From Veleropilina oligotropha (taxonomy: Eukaryota): 64,000 nucleotides of DNA. Position numbers and translations under genes: made by a program. The stretch covers positions 186,001-250,000 of the forward strand of contig JBEUKZ010000096.1 of assembly GCA_048128005.1 (NCBI GenBank), read 5' to 3'. Position 1 is the stretch's first letter. Every line of letters begins with the position of its first letter. The notes under the pieces were generated by a model. The model worked only from the letters and a program-made list of their open reading frames with translations, was not told where the DNA came from and made no database searches. This document shows, one piece after another, positions 41,816-55,176 of the stretch.

Positions 41816-44800
41816 CTATGAGGCGCCGAGTGTAAATTTATTATTTAACTTAATTCTTTCTACATAATCCATTATATCATACATTTATAATGAGATTATC
41901 AATTATTTACATATAATTGACTTGTGATGTTACTTCAATTATATATTGACAAAAAACAATGCTTGCATATAAATGAAAAGTATTATTTCATTATTTATAT
42001 ATAATTTGAATCATTGCTCTTATTATTTGTAAATAATGAAGAAATGAATTCCATTATTTAATAGCATTATATATTGCAAAACATTTATTTATAAATAAGA
42101 ATAAAGTTTACATTACATATAAATAATAGAACAAGTAATATATTTACAGTCTGCGCGTCATTACATTTATTTATAAATAATCTGTTTGATTTATTGCTAA
42201 TAAATTATTATATACATCCAATATCTTCATATTTATATCATATATCTTGCATCTTCATAATTATTATTATTTATAAATAATGAAATGTTGCATATCTATT
42301 ATATGCATATAATTCATTTAATATATACAAATAATGAAAACTGTCTCCAAATAATCGGTTTATTTTCTTGTTGCTAAGTTATTATATACATTCAATCCTC
42401 GTATTCATCTTACATGTCCTTCTTTTATATATAATGCTGTATTCCATCTCAAAATTATCATTATTTATAAATAATGAAATGTTGCGTATCTATTATATAC
42501 ATATAATTCATTATATACAAATAATGAAAACCGTCTCCAAATAATCGGTTTAATTTGTTGATGCTAAGTTATTATATACATTCAATTATCATATTCCTCT
42601 TACATGTCCATCTTTTATATATAATGCGCTTTACCAACTAAAAATTATCATTATTTATAAATAATGAAATGTTGCGAATCAATTATATCATATAATAACA
42701 AGAGATCAAGCGAACTCGATATACGCCCGTATGAAAGGTATTAGTTTGAGAGCAAAATATGTGATATGACAAATAGCCTGTGGCAAAGATATAAGAGCTG
42801 AATGTTATTTAATATATACTTGGGATGGGCAACTCTGATTTAAACCTTGCAACATTTCATATATATAGATAGATACCAGCAATAAATGAAAACAGTATTC
42901 TGTGTTGCAAACAATTTTATTTATGCAAAATATATCTCACTCATTTGTTATCCTAATTTGGGATACATCTGAAGTCCTATCAATAGCTGGACATATCCCA
43001 CGACAATAATTGGCATTGGACATTCGAGCACAGACTTTTTGTTGCTGTATGTTAAAGAAAAAAAATTATTGCTGTAAGTTCAAAACTATGAAAAATAGCC
43101 TGCACAACAAAAAAGACGAACGGATGAACAGACGGACAGACAGCGCTATACCACAAATTTGGTGCCTAACACACCATCTTCACCTGGTGTGTACATCCAC
43201 CATAAAATATTGATGCAAGTTAAAAACTGTATAAGATATAACCCGGACAAAATGTGGATGAACAAAAAAAAAGACAAACGGACGAACAGACGGACTGACA
43301 GATGGCGCAATACCATAAATTAGGTACTCTGCACACCATCTTCACCTGGTGTATACATCCACCTAAAATTATTGCTGTAAGTTAAAAACTGTATGAGATA
43401 TATCCCGGACAACAAGTGGATGGACGAAAAAAAAGACAAACGGACGGACAGATAGACAGACGGGTGATGTCAGACCATAAATTTGGTACGCGACACTCCG
43501 TCTCCACCTGGTGTACACATTCACCAAAAATTATTGCTGTAAGTTCAAAACTGTATGAGATATAGCCTGGACAACAAAAAAGACAAACGGACGAACAGAC
43601 GGACTGACAGATGGCGCAATACCATAAATTAGGTACTCTGCACGCCATCTCCACCTGGTGAATACATCCACCAAAAATTGTAGTTGTAGGTTAAAAACTG
43701 TTAGAGATATAGCCCGGACAAGCGGACGGACGGACGGACAGCGCCATACTATAATACGTTCCGTTTTTCAAACGGGCGTATAAAAAGCGTCTTCAATTAT
43801 ATGCAAATGAGACGATTTCAACGTTGCAAGCGACCGAGATCATGTGACTGAAGCAGATGACATTTTGCTGTCTGACAGATGATAAGATGGACAGCAAATC
43901 GTTAAGCGATTTACTCCAGCATTTAAACAATGCATCCGTTATGCGTTTTAAATCATCTGCTTCAGTCACATGATCTCGGTCGCTTGCAACGTTGAAATCG
44001 TCTCATTTGCATATAATTGAAGACGCTTTTTATTATATGATATAATTGATTCGCAACATTTCATTATTTATAAATAATGATAATTTTTAGTTGGTAAAGC
44101 GCATTATATATAAAAGATGGACATGTAAGAGGAATATGATAATTGAATGTATATAACTTAATAGCATCAACAAATTAAACCGATTATTTGGAGACGGTTT
44201 TCATTATTTGTATATAATGAATTATATGTATATAATAGATACGCAACATTTCATTATTTATAAATAATGATAATTTTGAGATGGAATACAGCATTATATA
44301 TAAAAGAAGGACATGTAAGATGAATACGAGGATTGCATGTATATAATAACTTAGCAACAAGAAATTAAACCGATTATTTGGAGACAGTTTTCATTATTTG
44401 TATATAATGAATTATATGCATATAATAGATATGCAACATTTCATTATTTATAAATAATAATAATTTTGAAGATGCAAGATATATGATATAAATATGAAGA
44501 TATTGGATGTATATATAATAATTTATTAGCAATAAATCAAACAGATTATTTATAAATAAATGTAATGACGCGCAGACTGTAAATATATTACTTGTTCTAT
44601 TATTTATATGTAATGTAAACTTTATTCTTATTTATAAATAAATGTTTTGCAATATATAATGCTATTATGGAATTCATTTCTTCATTATTTACAAATAATA
44701 AGAGCAATGATTCAAATTATATATAAATAATGAAATAATACTTTTCATTTATATGCAAGCATTGTTTTTTGTCAATATATAATTGAAGTAACATGAAGTC

Positions 44801-44903
44801 AATTATATGTAAATAATTGATAATCTCATTATAAATGTATGATATAATGGATTATTTAGAAAGAATTAAGTTAAATAATAAATTTACACTCGGCGCCTCA
44901 TAG
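41816..44903. mobile_element. Foldback element with ~950-bp inverted arms and a 92-bp spacer
   Basis: Left arm 41816-42698 plus 43784-43860 is the near-perfect reverse complement of 43953-44903. Ends are CTATGAGGCGCCGAGTG...CACTCGGCGCCTCATAG, and the arms contain ~190-bp subrepeats. Confidence 0.9.
42697..43783 (-). mobile_element. Helentron-type element inserted in the left foldback arm
   Basis: Subterminal IR ATACGCCCGT/ACGGGCGTAT, a (GGAC)n microsatellite and ~150-165 bp tandem units. It sits in an A-run without a TSD and is absent from the right arm. Confidence 0.82.
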
Positions 44904-44976
44904 ATACCATGCTTGCCGAGACTATGCACAAAATCGCAAAAATCCATAAATTTCAAAAAAACATTCCCATATTCGA

Positions 44977-45233
44977 AAAGGAAAGGATCAATGCTTATTG
45001 TCCTGTATATTTACAACTTATTTAGGTTCAAACCTGGACATGTCCGTATTATCGCAGGAGGAAAGCCCACCCTCTTGGACCAGTTATGGACAACTGTGAT
45101 TCATAATTTGAACAAATAATGCCATGCCCCAGCCGGGGTTTGAACCCAGAATGGCAATACTGTTTGCATTAGCGGAATCAAGCAAGTGATTTTCTGAGTC
45201 CACACCAATACCACACAGCTGTCGAAGCGGCCC
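44977..45233 (-). mobile_element. tRNA-SINE family A copy
   Basis: ggggtttgaaccc B box; body and tail shared with the other copies. Confidence 0.78.
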
Positions 45234-45464
45234 CCATATTCAAATTTGATCTATTCCATGACAGCTTCGTACAGCTAGCATAAATTTTCTCTAATTTGAA
45301 AAAGTTAGTTGACAACATCCATCCATCCAGAGACTACGGTATATAATATTCAATATCACGAAAAACCTAAGTTTTCAAAATTCCCTATATTCGAACTTGA
45401 TCTACCCAATGATGTGATTAATTGATCGGTAAAGTTTCAGAAAGCTAGAAATTCTCAATATGAA

Positions 45465-46287
45465 AACAAGAAATTCCACAGAATTATGTCTCGCCCACCC
45501 CGGCTACCTTGAAAGGGGCCACATTTTCAATTTGTAAAGCAAGAATTCACAAGTACTACCTATGCAGTGCTGATCCTAATATAGTTATTCTAAAACTTTC
45601 AGAGGAACAGAAATAAAGACAAAATCTTATTATTAACGGTATATACTATAGATAAAATATATTTGCAGCAGCTAAACCATGACAAGTCATAGTATCACAG
45701 CCTATTGTCAAGGGACACAATGAATTGAACCTTTACCAGTTGAGGAGAGTGATATTAGACACTGGATACAGTCTGTTCTTGTAATGACAATATACACTGC
45801 CATCTCAAGATACTCATGGAATAAACCAGTGGGAAGCCAGTTTTAAAAAAATCCATCTGATTTTGAGAATCCCAGCTTCACCGAGTGACCATTAAGCTTA
45901 ACAGCTTACTGTGCCTATTGGCAGTGAGCAAATCTTACAGATAAGCACATGTCCCTTTCATCGTACACACATAATACTTAAAAAAATATCTCTGTTTCTT
46001 TTCTATCCTCAATATTTCAAGGCGTAATTAAATAAAACGTAACATTTTCATAAAAAAATTTAGGGGGGGGGGGGGTGGGCGAGGTGAAGAAAATCTGAAG
46101 GATTAACATGTTTAACAGGTTTATACAAGTGAAGTTTACAATTGAACTGATGTACGTTGTAGTGAAAAGATCTATATATTATCTGGAAGCAATACGCAAA
46201 ACCTTAACGCAATAATTAAACTTTGGGGGGGGGGGTGAGGGGGGAAAAGCAATACCTATGTCTCTTTCCCCACGGGCGAGACAAAAA
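45465..46287 (-). mobile_element. Helentron-type non-autonomous element
   Basis: aacaag end and subterminal IR TGTCTCGCCC (45487) / GGGCGAGACA (46274); interrupts the host satellite unit. Confidence 0.6.
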
Positions 46288-46562
46288 TTGTGAGAAAATC
46301 ACATCCATGCTTCCAGAGACTATGTTCTAAAGTTCTGAAAAGTCACCCAAAAAACCATGTTTTTAAAATAATTTCACAATATTCCAACTTGATATACCCA
46401 ATGGTGTGGTTATAAAATCTGTACAGTTTCAGAAAGCTAGTATTTCTCTAAATGGAAAAAAACAATGTGAGAAATTGACCATATCCATGCTTCCAGAGTC
46501 TATGTACAAATTCACCGAAAAGTCCCCAAAAAGCCAAAAGTTTGCAAAATATATTCCCAATA

Positions 46563-48904
46563 CAGTGGATTCCACTTAATTGAATAACGCTTAATTGCAT
46601 ATTTCGGATATTTGCATAAAATCTTCAGGAACAGAATAGTTTACTATTATTATCATATGCAAATAATCGCTTAATTGCATGCATAATTACTGGATTTTCG
46701 CTTATTTACATAAGACATTTTCGACTGAATAATTGACAAAATAATACATAATTGATATTAAAATCGTTAAATTGATCAAAATACTTGCGTATTTGCCAGT
46801 ATGTCTTGCTACGCCATCGTAAAGATGTTTATTCAACAGTAACATTCGAAGTTTAACCATCTTTGCAACCTTGTGTGTTTCAACATAATATTTACTTCCG
46901 GAAAAAGTCAGAACTGAAAGTTCGATAAACATCTTTTCAGTGCAGAAATGAACGATGTCAATCGGGGATATTATGGGATGGCAGACATCGATCGATAAAG
47001 TCAGAGTGGATAATCAGATTAAAAATCTATTGTACGAGTCCAAATGACAGACTTTTGAGTTTATCTGAAAGCAAAATCAAAGATTATAGGCTTACGAATC
47101 AATGTAAAAGGTGCCGTTTACATTACATGTATTCATGTGAACATCACTTACTTCGCCGATAAATAACATAATTATAAGACAACAACAACACTACGTGTCT
47201 TTTCTAACAAATTTAAAAATATTATCTTCCTTGATTTGGTTTCGTAGCATCGTCGTTGAGAACTACGGTGATTTAATTATTATTTTAATTTATATATGAA
47301 GACAACTCCTTTAAGGTTTTTTTATATCATATCATAATATACTGGAATAATAAAATATCGCTATATATAATTACTAGCCAGGGTACCCGTCTTCGACGGG
47401 TGAGTCTCCCCACCTCATCAATAAGCATCCAATAAAATTTGCAAGTGAATTTACGAATATATTGTAATGGACTTTTCTGACACGGTAAGTTCAATGCGAG
47501 GGTTTCTGAAAAAATTATATATGAATGTCAATGAAATATTTATTTCAGATAAATAAATACAATTACCACTGTAGATAACTATACCCTCCGTACTTGTCTA
47601 CCAGATGAATTACTCTGTAGATAATATAATGTGTGCGATTTAAATCTAAGAGATGAATCACACTGTAGATTATATGACAGCAGTGCATCCGATACTAATG
47701 TAATAAACATTAACGGTAAAACAAAACGGAATTCCCAAGTCTTTCCTTGTATCACTGATCACTCTTTCCGTGAACAGACCTATGCTTACCTTCTGACGAT
47801 AATGTAGATCCAAACTTCAGAGCTTGTTCCGATAATAAAACAGAATCCTTATTAACCTGTTCTGAGAATTGCCCAGATTAAACGTTGACGTATTTATAAT
47901 ATTTGCCAGCCGTGACGTCATTCCGCATAGAAACGTTGCTTCAGTCGTAATTACTCTTTAATCGGATATGAAAAGTTATCACTTTGCATTTGTTGATGTA
48001 AACATTACCATCATCTAGATCTCCTAATTTCTTATCTTGAACGCCTCTAAGATTCCACGAAAGATGTGCACTGAGTGCTAACTGCGACAGAGGTGACGAT
48101 GGCAACCGACTGTCAACAACAGGTGAAGTGCGCAGACTCGACGTCGCATTGATGCTTCCGTTGTGGGATGACGTCATTACGATGACGCTTTTGAATAATC
48201 GTCATTGGATGACGTCAGAATCGACGGGGTCGAAAAGTCTTGTAACGTTATAAGTGTTATGAAAATTACCCCTCCCCAAAAAAAACCCACCCCCGCCCCC
48301 CCCCCCAAAAAAGAAATGTGAAAGCGCCATAACCACCGCCTTGGTACCCTTAGTTGACATGCCAAATTTGGTGGAGATCGGTCCAGCCGTTTGGGAGCCT
48401 ATAGGAGACACACAGACAGACAAACTCTCCACGATTATAGTATAGATTCAATAATTATAAAAACAAATCGATTAGAGATTAAAACATAGGTTAAATTTTC
48501 AACATGGCGGCCGATAACGCGACACATGTTCAGTAGAAGAGAAATGTTCAGAATATGAATTTCCACACCATAGTAATCTATGAAATGCGACGATACGCTT
48601 TCGAAACATATATCAATTCTACTGAAACAGGCTAGTCACCTTCAGGTCAGAATAACCACAAAATATTGTGTATACAATCCGTATTCATGGAAAGAAAAAT
48701 ACATTACGCAAATTCACCATTGCAAATAAATTTATTACCAGGACATATATTTATAATAAAGAACCATTTAAATACAAGTAATTATCATCGATGATTTCTG
48801 GCGAAAAACAATTTCCGAAATTTACCGTACGGTTAAATGCATAATCCGGTTAATTGCATAAATAATCGCGACAATCTCGCTATGCAAATAAGCGGAATCC
48901 ACTG
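46563..48904. mobile_element. pogo/Tigger-like non-autonomous element
   Basis: TIR CAGTGGATTCC(A/G)CTTA, TA TSD; the host unit rejoins as ttcccaaTAttggaacttgatc. Confidence 0.82.
47374..48446 (-). mobile_element. Non-autonomous Helitron nested in the pogo-like element
   Basis: Minus strand begins TCTATACTATAAT and ends with hairpin CCCGTCGAAGACGGG followed by CTAG. Inserted between A and T with no TSD. Confidence 0.85.
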
Positions 48905-49073
48905 TATTGGAACTTGATCTACCCAATGATGTGGTTAGTTCATCTGCAAAGTTTCGGAAAGCTCACATTTCCCTAAATGGCAAAAAAAGATGTGAGAAAA
49001 TCCTAACGCACAGATGGACACACGAAGGCGGATTCTATGTCCCCCGTCCGCCCGATAGGCGGCGGGAGACAAT

Positions 49074-50585
49074 AACTAGAGGCGTTGTTTTTGTGTGAAC
49101 AAAAACATATGTCTCCCCGTTTTGGAGAAATCATTCCACACTCAGACCCTCATGAAGTTCCAAAAGTCACAACCTAAAATTGAAAATCAATAAGGGAACA
49201 CAAAATTTTATCGTCCGGCACATGCTTGAAGTGTAAGCTTCTGATTTATTTGTAGATGCATGGCTTACACTTCAAGCATGTGCAGGACGATAAAATTTAG
49301 TATTCCCTTATTGATTTTCAATAGGTTGTGACTTTTGGAACGATTTGAAATCTGAGATATAGGCCGAACAAAGTCTGTGTTCTTTTAAGTACATTCTTAC
49401 CTCTGTGACCTTGACCTTTGAACGACAAAACTGAACATTGTTACACAATGCACTTACCCTTAGGGAAAAATTAAGAAAACAATAAAATATTGAAATCTCC
49501 AAATATGGACATTTTTCACCAAGGTCACAGTGCCAAGGTCAAAGTTTAAAAGTGCAAACTTTTAGCGCCATGCACATGCTTGAAATGTGGGCCATGCATC
49601 TACAAAGAAATTAGAAGGATAAGATTTGAAATCTCAGAGAACGAAGCCGGACACGATTTAGGGGTCAAAGGTCACTACGGCAAGGTCGGTCATTTTCGGA
49701 AAACTACGCCGCCTTGCACAATGGCACGTTAAGGGGGGTTAGCACACCCCAGGAAATCATGCTGGCAAGTACAGAACCAGAGATCTAATCCGGACAAGGT
49801 GCATGTCAGGAAAGTACATTTTGACCTCTGCGACCTTGACATTTGCCGGAACAACAAAATTGAACATTGTTATATAAGGAAAAAATTTGGTGAAAACAAT
49901 AAAATATAAAAATGCCCAAATATGGAAATTTTATCAAGGTCACAGTGCCAAGGTCAAAGGTACAAATTTTTTGCACCCTGCACATGCTTGAAGTGTGTGG
50001 GCCATACATCTACAAAGAAATTAGAAGGATAAGATTTGAAATCTCAGAGAACCAGGCCGGACACGATTTCGAGGTCATTAGGTCAAGGTTGTTTTCGCCA
50101 AAAAACACAATGGCATGCTTGATCGATTGAACATAGGGTGCTCTTTCGGTACTTCACCACAGCTCCGGCTTTTATCATATTTAAGGAGCTCCGGCTTTTA
50201 TTTGTCTTAAATTCACGGCCTATGATAAGATACACGTGATGGGTACGTAGTTGTATTGGCTTTACAAACGTATATACACCGGACCGCCCCGTGAGCCTGG
50301 ACTGATCGAGGTTCACCTGTTGCTAGTCCCCATGGATTTAACATTAACGACGCGTCCAAAGTCGTGCTTTTATCGGAGATGAAAAACCGGATTTCAAAAG
50401 TTGAGTAAAAGTCGGAGCTGTGGGGGAAGTACCGAAAGAACGCCGAACATAGTATTGATACCAAAGGAAATAATGCTGGTATGTATAGGACCAGAGATCT
50501 AGCCCGGACAAGAAAAGTGAGGAAGAAGGAGGAGAACAGAGTGTAAAACAATATGTCTCTCCCATCCGAATGGGGAGACATAATA
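49074..50585 (-). mobile_element. Helentron-type element with tandem units and a local palindrome at ~49158-49341
   Basis: aactag end, IR ATGTCTCCCC/GGGGAGACAT, and repeated caaggtcacagtgccaaggtcaaag units. Confidence 0.7.
50137..50444. mobile_element. MITE with GG...CC ends and 8-bp TSD (Merlin-like)
   Basis: ~35 bp TIR GGTGCTCTTTCGGTACTTC.CCACAGCTCCG, TSD GAACATAG (50129-36, 50445-52). Confidence 0.7.
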
Positions 50586-51703
50586 ATGCATGCCTACTCA
50601 CTCCAAGCATAACCGGCAGAGATAGTGGATTGACAGGTTGAGCCGGAAAAGTTTCTCACACCTCAATACATACATGTATAGTATAAGGAACAAAGTCTGA
50701 CATTTAACATAACTGTAAATTATTATCGGATGATACATTAATATTCATGGCGTTGTGTGACAAACATAAGTCGTCTCATTTCTGTTGATTGCCCACCAGC
50801 TGAGCGCTAAGAATAATATGCTGGCTGATGAATTATATTAAAATGATTTTAGTTTAAAAACATCACAAAGATATTTCGAAAGATTGCTCCATCAACATAT
50901 TATATTTTAATGATATCGTCGACTTCTGCACCTTGAAACAAAAATAATTGCTTCCTTGTTAGATGGTACGAAAGGAAGACATTCTTTTATATTTCTTACT
51001 TTTACATGAATACATACGCACACAGCATAGAACATTAAGAATCTCATTTAGCAGCAGACAATTATTTCGTATTGATGGCAACAGAATGTCATGTGGTTGG
51101 TCAATCCGGAGAGCTCTTTTAAGACAATCTATAAATAACGCGTACCGGTAATGTAGTACTAGTTACAAAAATAACAACGTTCTGCTGCCGGTAATGGACA
51201 AAATGATTTTTCAAGACTCAAGTAAACATATCATCATTAATCAGGTACAATATACAGTTTCAAATCCGGTACAGACATCGACAAAACGGATTAATTAACT
51301 ATATTTATGGAAAATACATTCAGACACAATCTAGTGAGCTTTATATTAGATTTTTAATTTTTAAATTAGCTTCCATTTTTGCAACACTATTTTACTTTTT
51401 AGTAACAATTAACTACTAAGCATTATACAGCTCCAGTGAGTCTATGCGTCATAGCAACCAATATTTCTATAAATGTGCAAATGTAAATATGACAGTGGCA
51501 AATAAAACAGCTGTTATTGACAGCACATTTATGTATAAGAGTGATAAACCGTTCCCTGTCAGAATGGCAGGGGGTAGACAGCCTCAGGAGGTGGATAATA
51601 TGACAGCCGTTATTTATAAACAGATTACATTTAGGAACAACATAATTGGAGTTTTGTAATTATTCGAAATTCAACCACGCACATTTGAACCATAATACAG
51701 ATG

Positions 51704-52497
51704 GTAAAATGATGTTAACAGTATTGTGTGGATTCTGGCACATCGGAAACCTAGAGTGACGTCGTAGTTTTTGCGGCGGATTAATCGCGAGAATGAAGTT
51801 CGCGCGATTTTTCCGCCGCTAAAACAACGATGTCACGAGAGGTTTCCGATGTGCCAGAATCCACACAATAACTGATAACATTTTTATTATATGCCACAAC
51901 AAGTTTCTTATTGAATCGAAAGATTATGGTAATTTTTGTCACGACTCTGTAAGGGAGGTTGAAATAGTGTAGGACTGACTATATTGGAAGTAGTTCCTAC
52001 GATTTGTTAGCCATTTTGAATATATAAGCAGGAGACGTTTTCCTGTGAATATATAAGCAGGAGACGTTTTCTAAATCGATATCAGCTGTGTCCGTGATAC
52101 AGGGTCTCGGAAAACTGCACGAGAATAGGCATCATAAAACGACTGGTATATGCCAGTCGTTTTCTGACGCCTATTCTCGCGCAGTTTTCCGATACCCTGT
52201 ATCACGGACACAGCTGATATCGATTCAGAAAACGTCTCCTGCTTATATATTTTAAATGGCTGCCAAATCGTAGGAACTACTTCCAATAGCAGCTTAGTCC
52301 TATACTATTTCAACCTCCCTTACAGATTCGTGACTAACATTACCATAATCTTTCGATTCAATAAGAAACTTGTTGTGGCATATAATAAAAATGTTATCAG
52401 TTATTGTGTGGATTCTGGCACGTCGGAAGCCTTTCGTGACGTCACTCGAGGTTTCCGACGTGCCAGAATCCACACAATACTGATAACATCATTATAC
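51704..52497. mobile_element. Dumbbell-shaped palindromic element (central palindrome plus two terminal hairpins), unclassified
   Basis: Palindrome centred near 52149, hairpins at ~51712-51881 and ~52391-52489, no TSD found. Confidence 0.8.
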
Positions 52498-53361
52498 TGT
52501 CATCTAGTGCACTGTGGAAAGAAATGTTCAAATTGATTGAATCATAAATTTATACAGTAGCATCAAGTAAAAAAACAGAAAAAATCATAAAGAAGTCGTA
52601 ACTGCTAATAAAATTGTGATTGCACCTGGTGCATGTGGTGATGCAAAACTGAAGCACTCAAATTAATATCAATCGCAAAGGTTCACAGCTACGGGCCGGC
52701 GAAAGCTTTGAACTCACTGGTTTGCTTCAATCACCGAAGTAAGGAACATTGAGACTGATCACCAAAGCTAATATATAGCAAAACCACACAAAAATCCATT
52801 ACATAATAATTTATAATATATGATGCTTTTGTGATTTGTCACAATATTTATTCTTGTGACCAAAATCTTGTATGTTTGCATAACAATTTATAGGGCCTAT
52901 AGATTGCATAATTACAAGCATGCTTAGAACTCCATTGCTCTCAAGTCAGGTTATTGCCGCAAAAAATGAACACAGAAGTCCGAGATACAATATTATAAGG
53001 GTCATCGATCTTCTGACCCAGAGAGCTGACATGACGAGGCGAAATATTTTCCCACCCACTCCTTCTTTATGTACACAAGTTTATTTATAGACAGACTGGA
53101 GGCAACAGAACAAGGAAGATAGCGCCACAAGGCAGCAGTGGCGGCTGTACTGGATGCATGATCTACACAAAGCTCACTGCACGGTAACTGATACATATTT
53201 CAACTGTTCACTAATAGTTTATGTGTAGTGGACCAAATCTTCCATGTATCCGTTAAAGAATTAAGGTCAGCTAAGGGCATTAAAAATTAACTTAACCAAC
53301 TTGAACCATCAACCTATAACTGCTGAAAGATAATGTTAAGAAATTGCACATTAAATGTATA

Positions 53362-55176
53362 CCGTATTTATTCCATATATCGCGCCTCTTCCAAATATAG
53401 CGCTCCCACTTTTTCAATTTACCATTTAATGTATTTGCGAACACATGCCAATTGATTAGCGTTAGAATTCTGTGGTTTAAAATACTTGAATAAAATGATT
53501 TTTAACGAATATTTGCCTACTGTTGTGGACATGTCCAGTACTTAGTATTTACAGGGATCTTAATTGTTGTTGTTTACCGACCCAGTTGGTGTTTGGTTCA
53601 AACGAGATGAGAGTTTCTGCTACAGACTTGATGTAAACTATTGACATGCATGTGCCGATGCTACTAGACAGATGTCGTGACTTGTCAGAGAATCGGTTTG
53701 ACTTGTGTCTTTGACCATGTGCATGTAAGAGGCTTTCATGTTTATAAATAATGTGTTGACTCCATATATTGGACAGAAATTGGACGCAGGTATCGAAAAT
53801 AACAATCAAATCGATAAATACGCAGTAGCCGTAAAATTGTACAATGAAGTGGTGGGAAACGTTCCGATACAACAACAAACTTGTCCATTTGTTTCTGAAA
53901 CATGGCGGAAAAGTTGTTTGATTGGAAATTGAATGCTATACATATATATTCGATTTACTGTTGATGGACAGATTTAAATGTCTATTTCAAGAAAACTAGA
54001 TACGAAATTATAACATAACTAGAACGCTCAGTCACGAGTGACCGCATATGTATCCCCAGGTAATCCAGGATGGAATGCACATACAAAATTTGAAAGCATT
54101 CCATTAAGAAAAGACCTGTCTAGAGCGATCAAAAGGAATTATGCTTAAAATCCAAGATGGAGGCCACAGCGGCCATCTTGGAGGTTGGACTACACCCAAA
54201 ATATCTAGGTGTCGTGTTTTCGCCCAAACCAATGCACATACTAAATTGAATACATTCTGTTAATGAACTGTCTGTCTAGAGCGATCACGAGGAATCTCTC
54301 GGCGGTGGCCATCTTGGATGTCGGACCACACCCGAAATATATAAGCGTCGTGTCCTTACCCCAACCAATGCACATACCACATTTGAAAACATGCCGTTAA
54401 GAAATGACCTATCTAGAAGGATCACTAGCAATTATGGTGGCCGTGGCGGCCATTTTGAAGGTCGGACCACATCCAAAATATATAGGTGTAGTGTCCTCGC
54501 CCCAACCAATCCACATACTAAATTTCAAAAACATTCTGTCATGAAATGGTCTGTCTAGAGCAATCGCAAGCAATTATGGTGGCCGTGGCGGAAATCTTGG
54601 AAGTCGAACCACATCCAAAACGTATAGGTGACGTGTCCTCACCCCAACCAATGCACATACCAAATTTGAAAACATTCCGTTAAGAAATTACCTCTCTAGA
54701 GCGATCACAAGGAATTATGCTTTAAAATCCAAGATGGAGGCCACAGCGGCCATCTCTGATGTCGGACCACACCCAAATTATATAGGTGTCGTGTCCTCAC
54801 CCCAACCAATGCACATACCAAATTTGAATACATTCCATTAAGAAACGGCCTGTCCAAAGCGATCACAAGGAATTATGCTTAAAATCCAAGATGGAGGCCA
54901 TCTTGGAGGTCGGACCACACCCATATTCTATAGGTGTAGTGTCCTCGCCACAACCAATGCACACACCAAATTTGAAAACATTCCGTTAAGAAATGGCCTG
55001 TCTAGAGCGATCACGAGAAATCTCTCGGCGGACGAGGACGCAGCGACACGGCCGCTAAACCATAGTATCCCCCGACACTTTCGTTTCGGGGGATACAATA
55101 ATATGGCTTCGTATTTATGGCATCCCCTTCACAATAAAAAGTAACGCGCCCGGCGCGATATATGGAATAAATATGA
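53362..55176 (+). mobile_element. Tc1/mariner-pogo-type non-autonomous element with a HIRAN-like coding remnant
   Basis: TIR CCGTATTTATTCCATATATCGCGCC (right copy slightly decayed), TA flanks, remnant at 53722-53870. Confidence 0.75.
54017..55100 (-). mobile_element. Helentron-type element with ~130-150 bp tandem array
   Basis: About six units of gccatcttggaggtcggaccacacc..ccaatgcacataccaaatttgaa..tctagagcgatc; IR GTATCCCC/GGGGATAC. Confidence 0.8.

Larger units (their letters stand above)
41321..49075 (-). mobile_element. Helentron-type satellite-carrying element fragmented by nested insertions
   Basis: The unit gaacttgatctacccaatgatgtgg..aaagtttcagaaagctag recurs at ~41530, 41710, 45393, 46385 and 48910. 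A hairpin-like end lies at 41330 and a terminal stem tgtcccccg..cgggagaca at 49038-49071. Confidence 0.65.
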
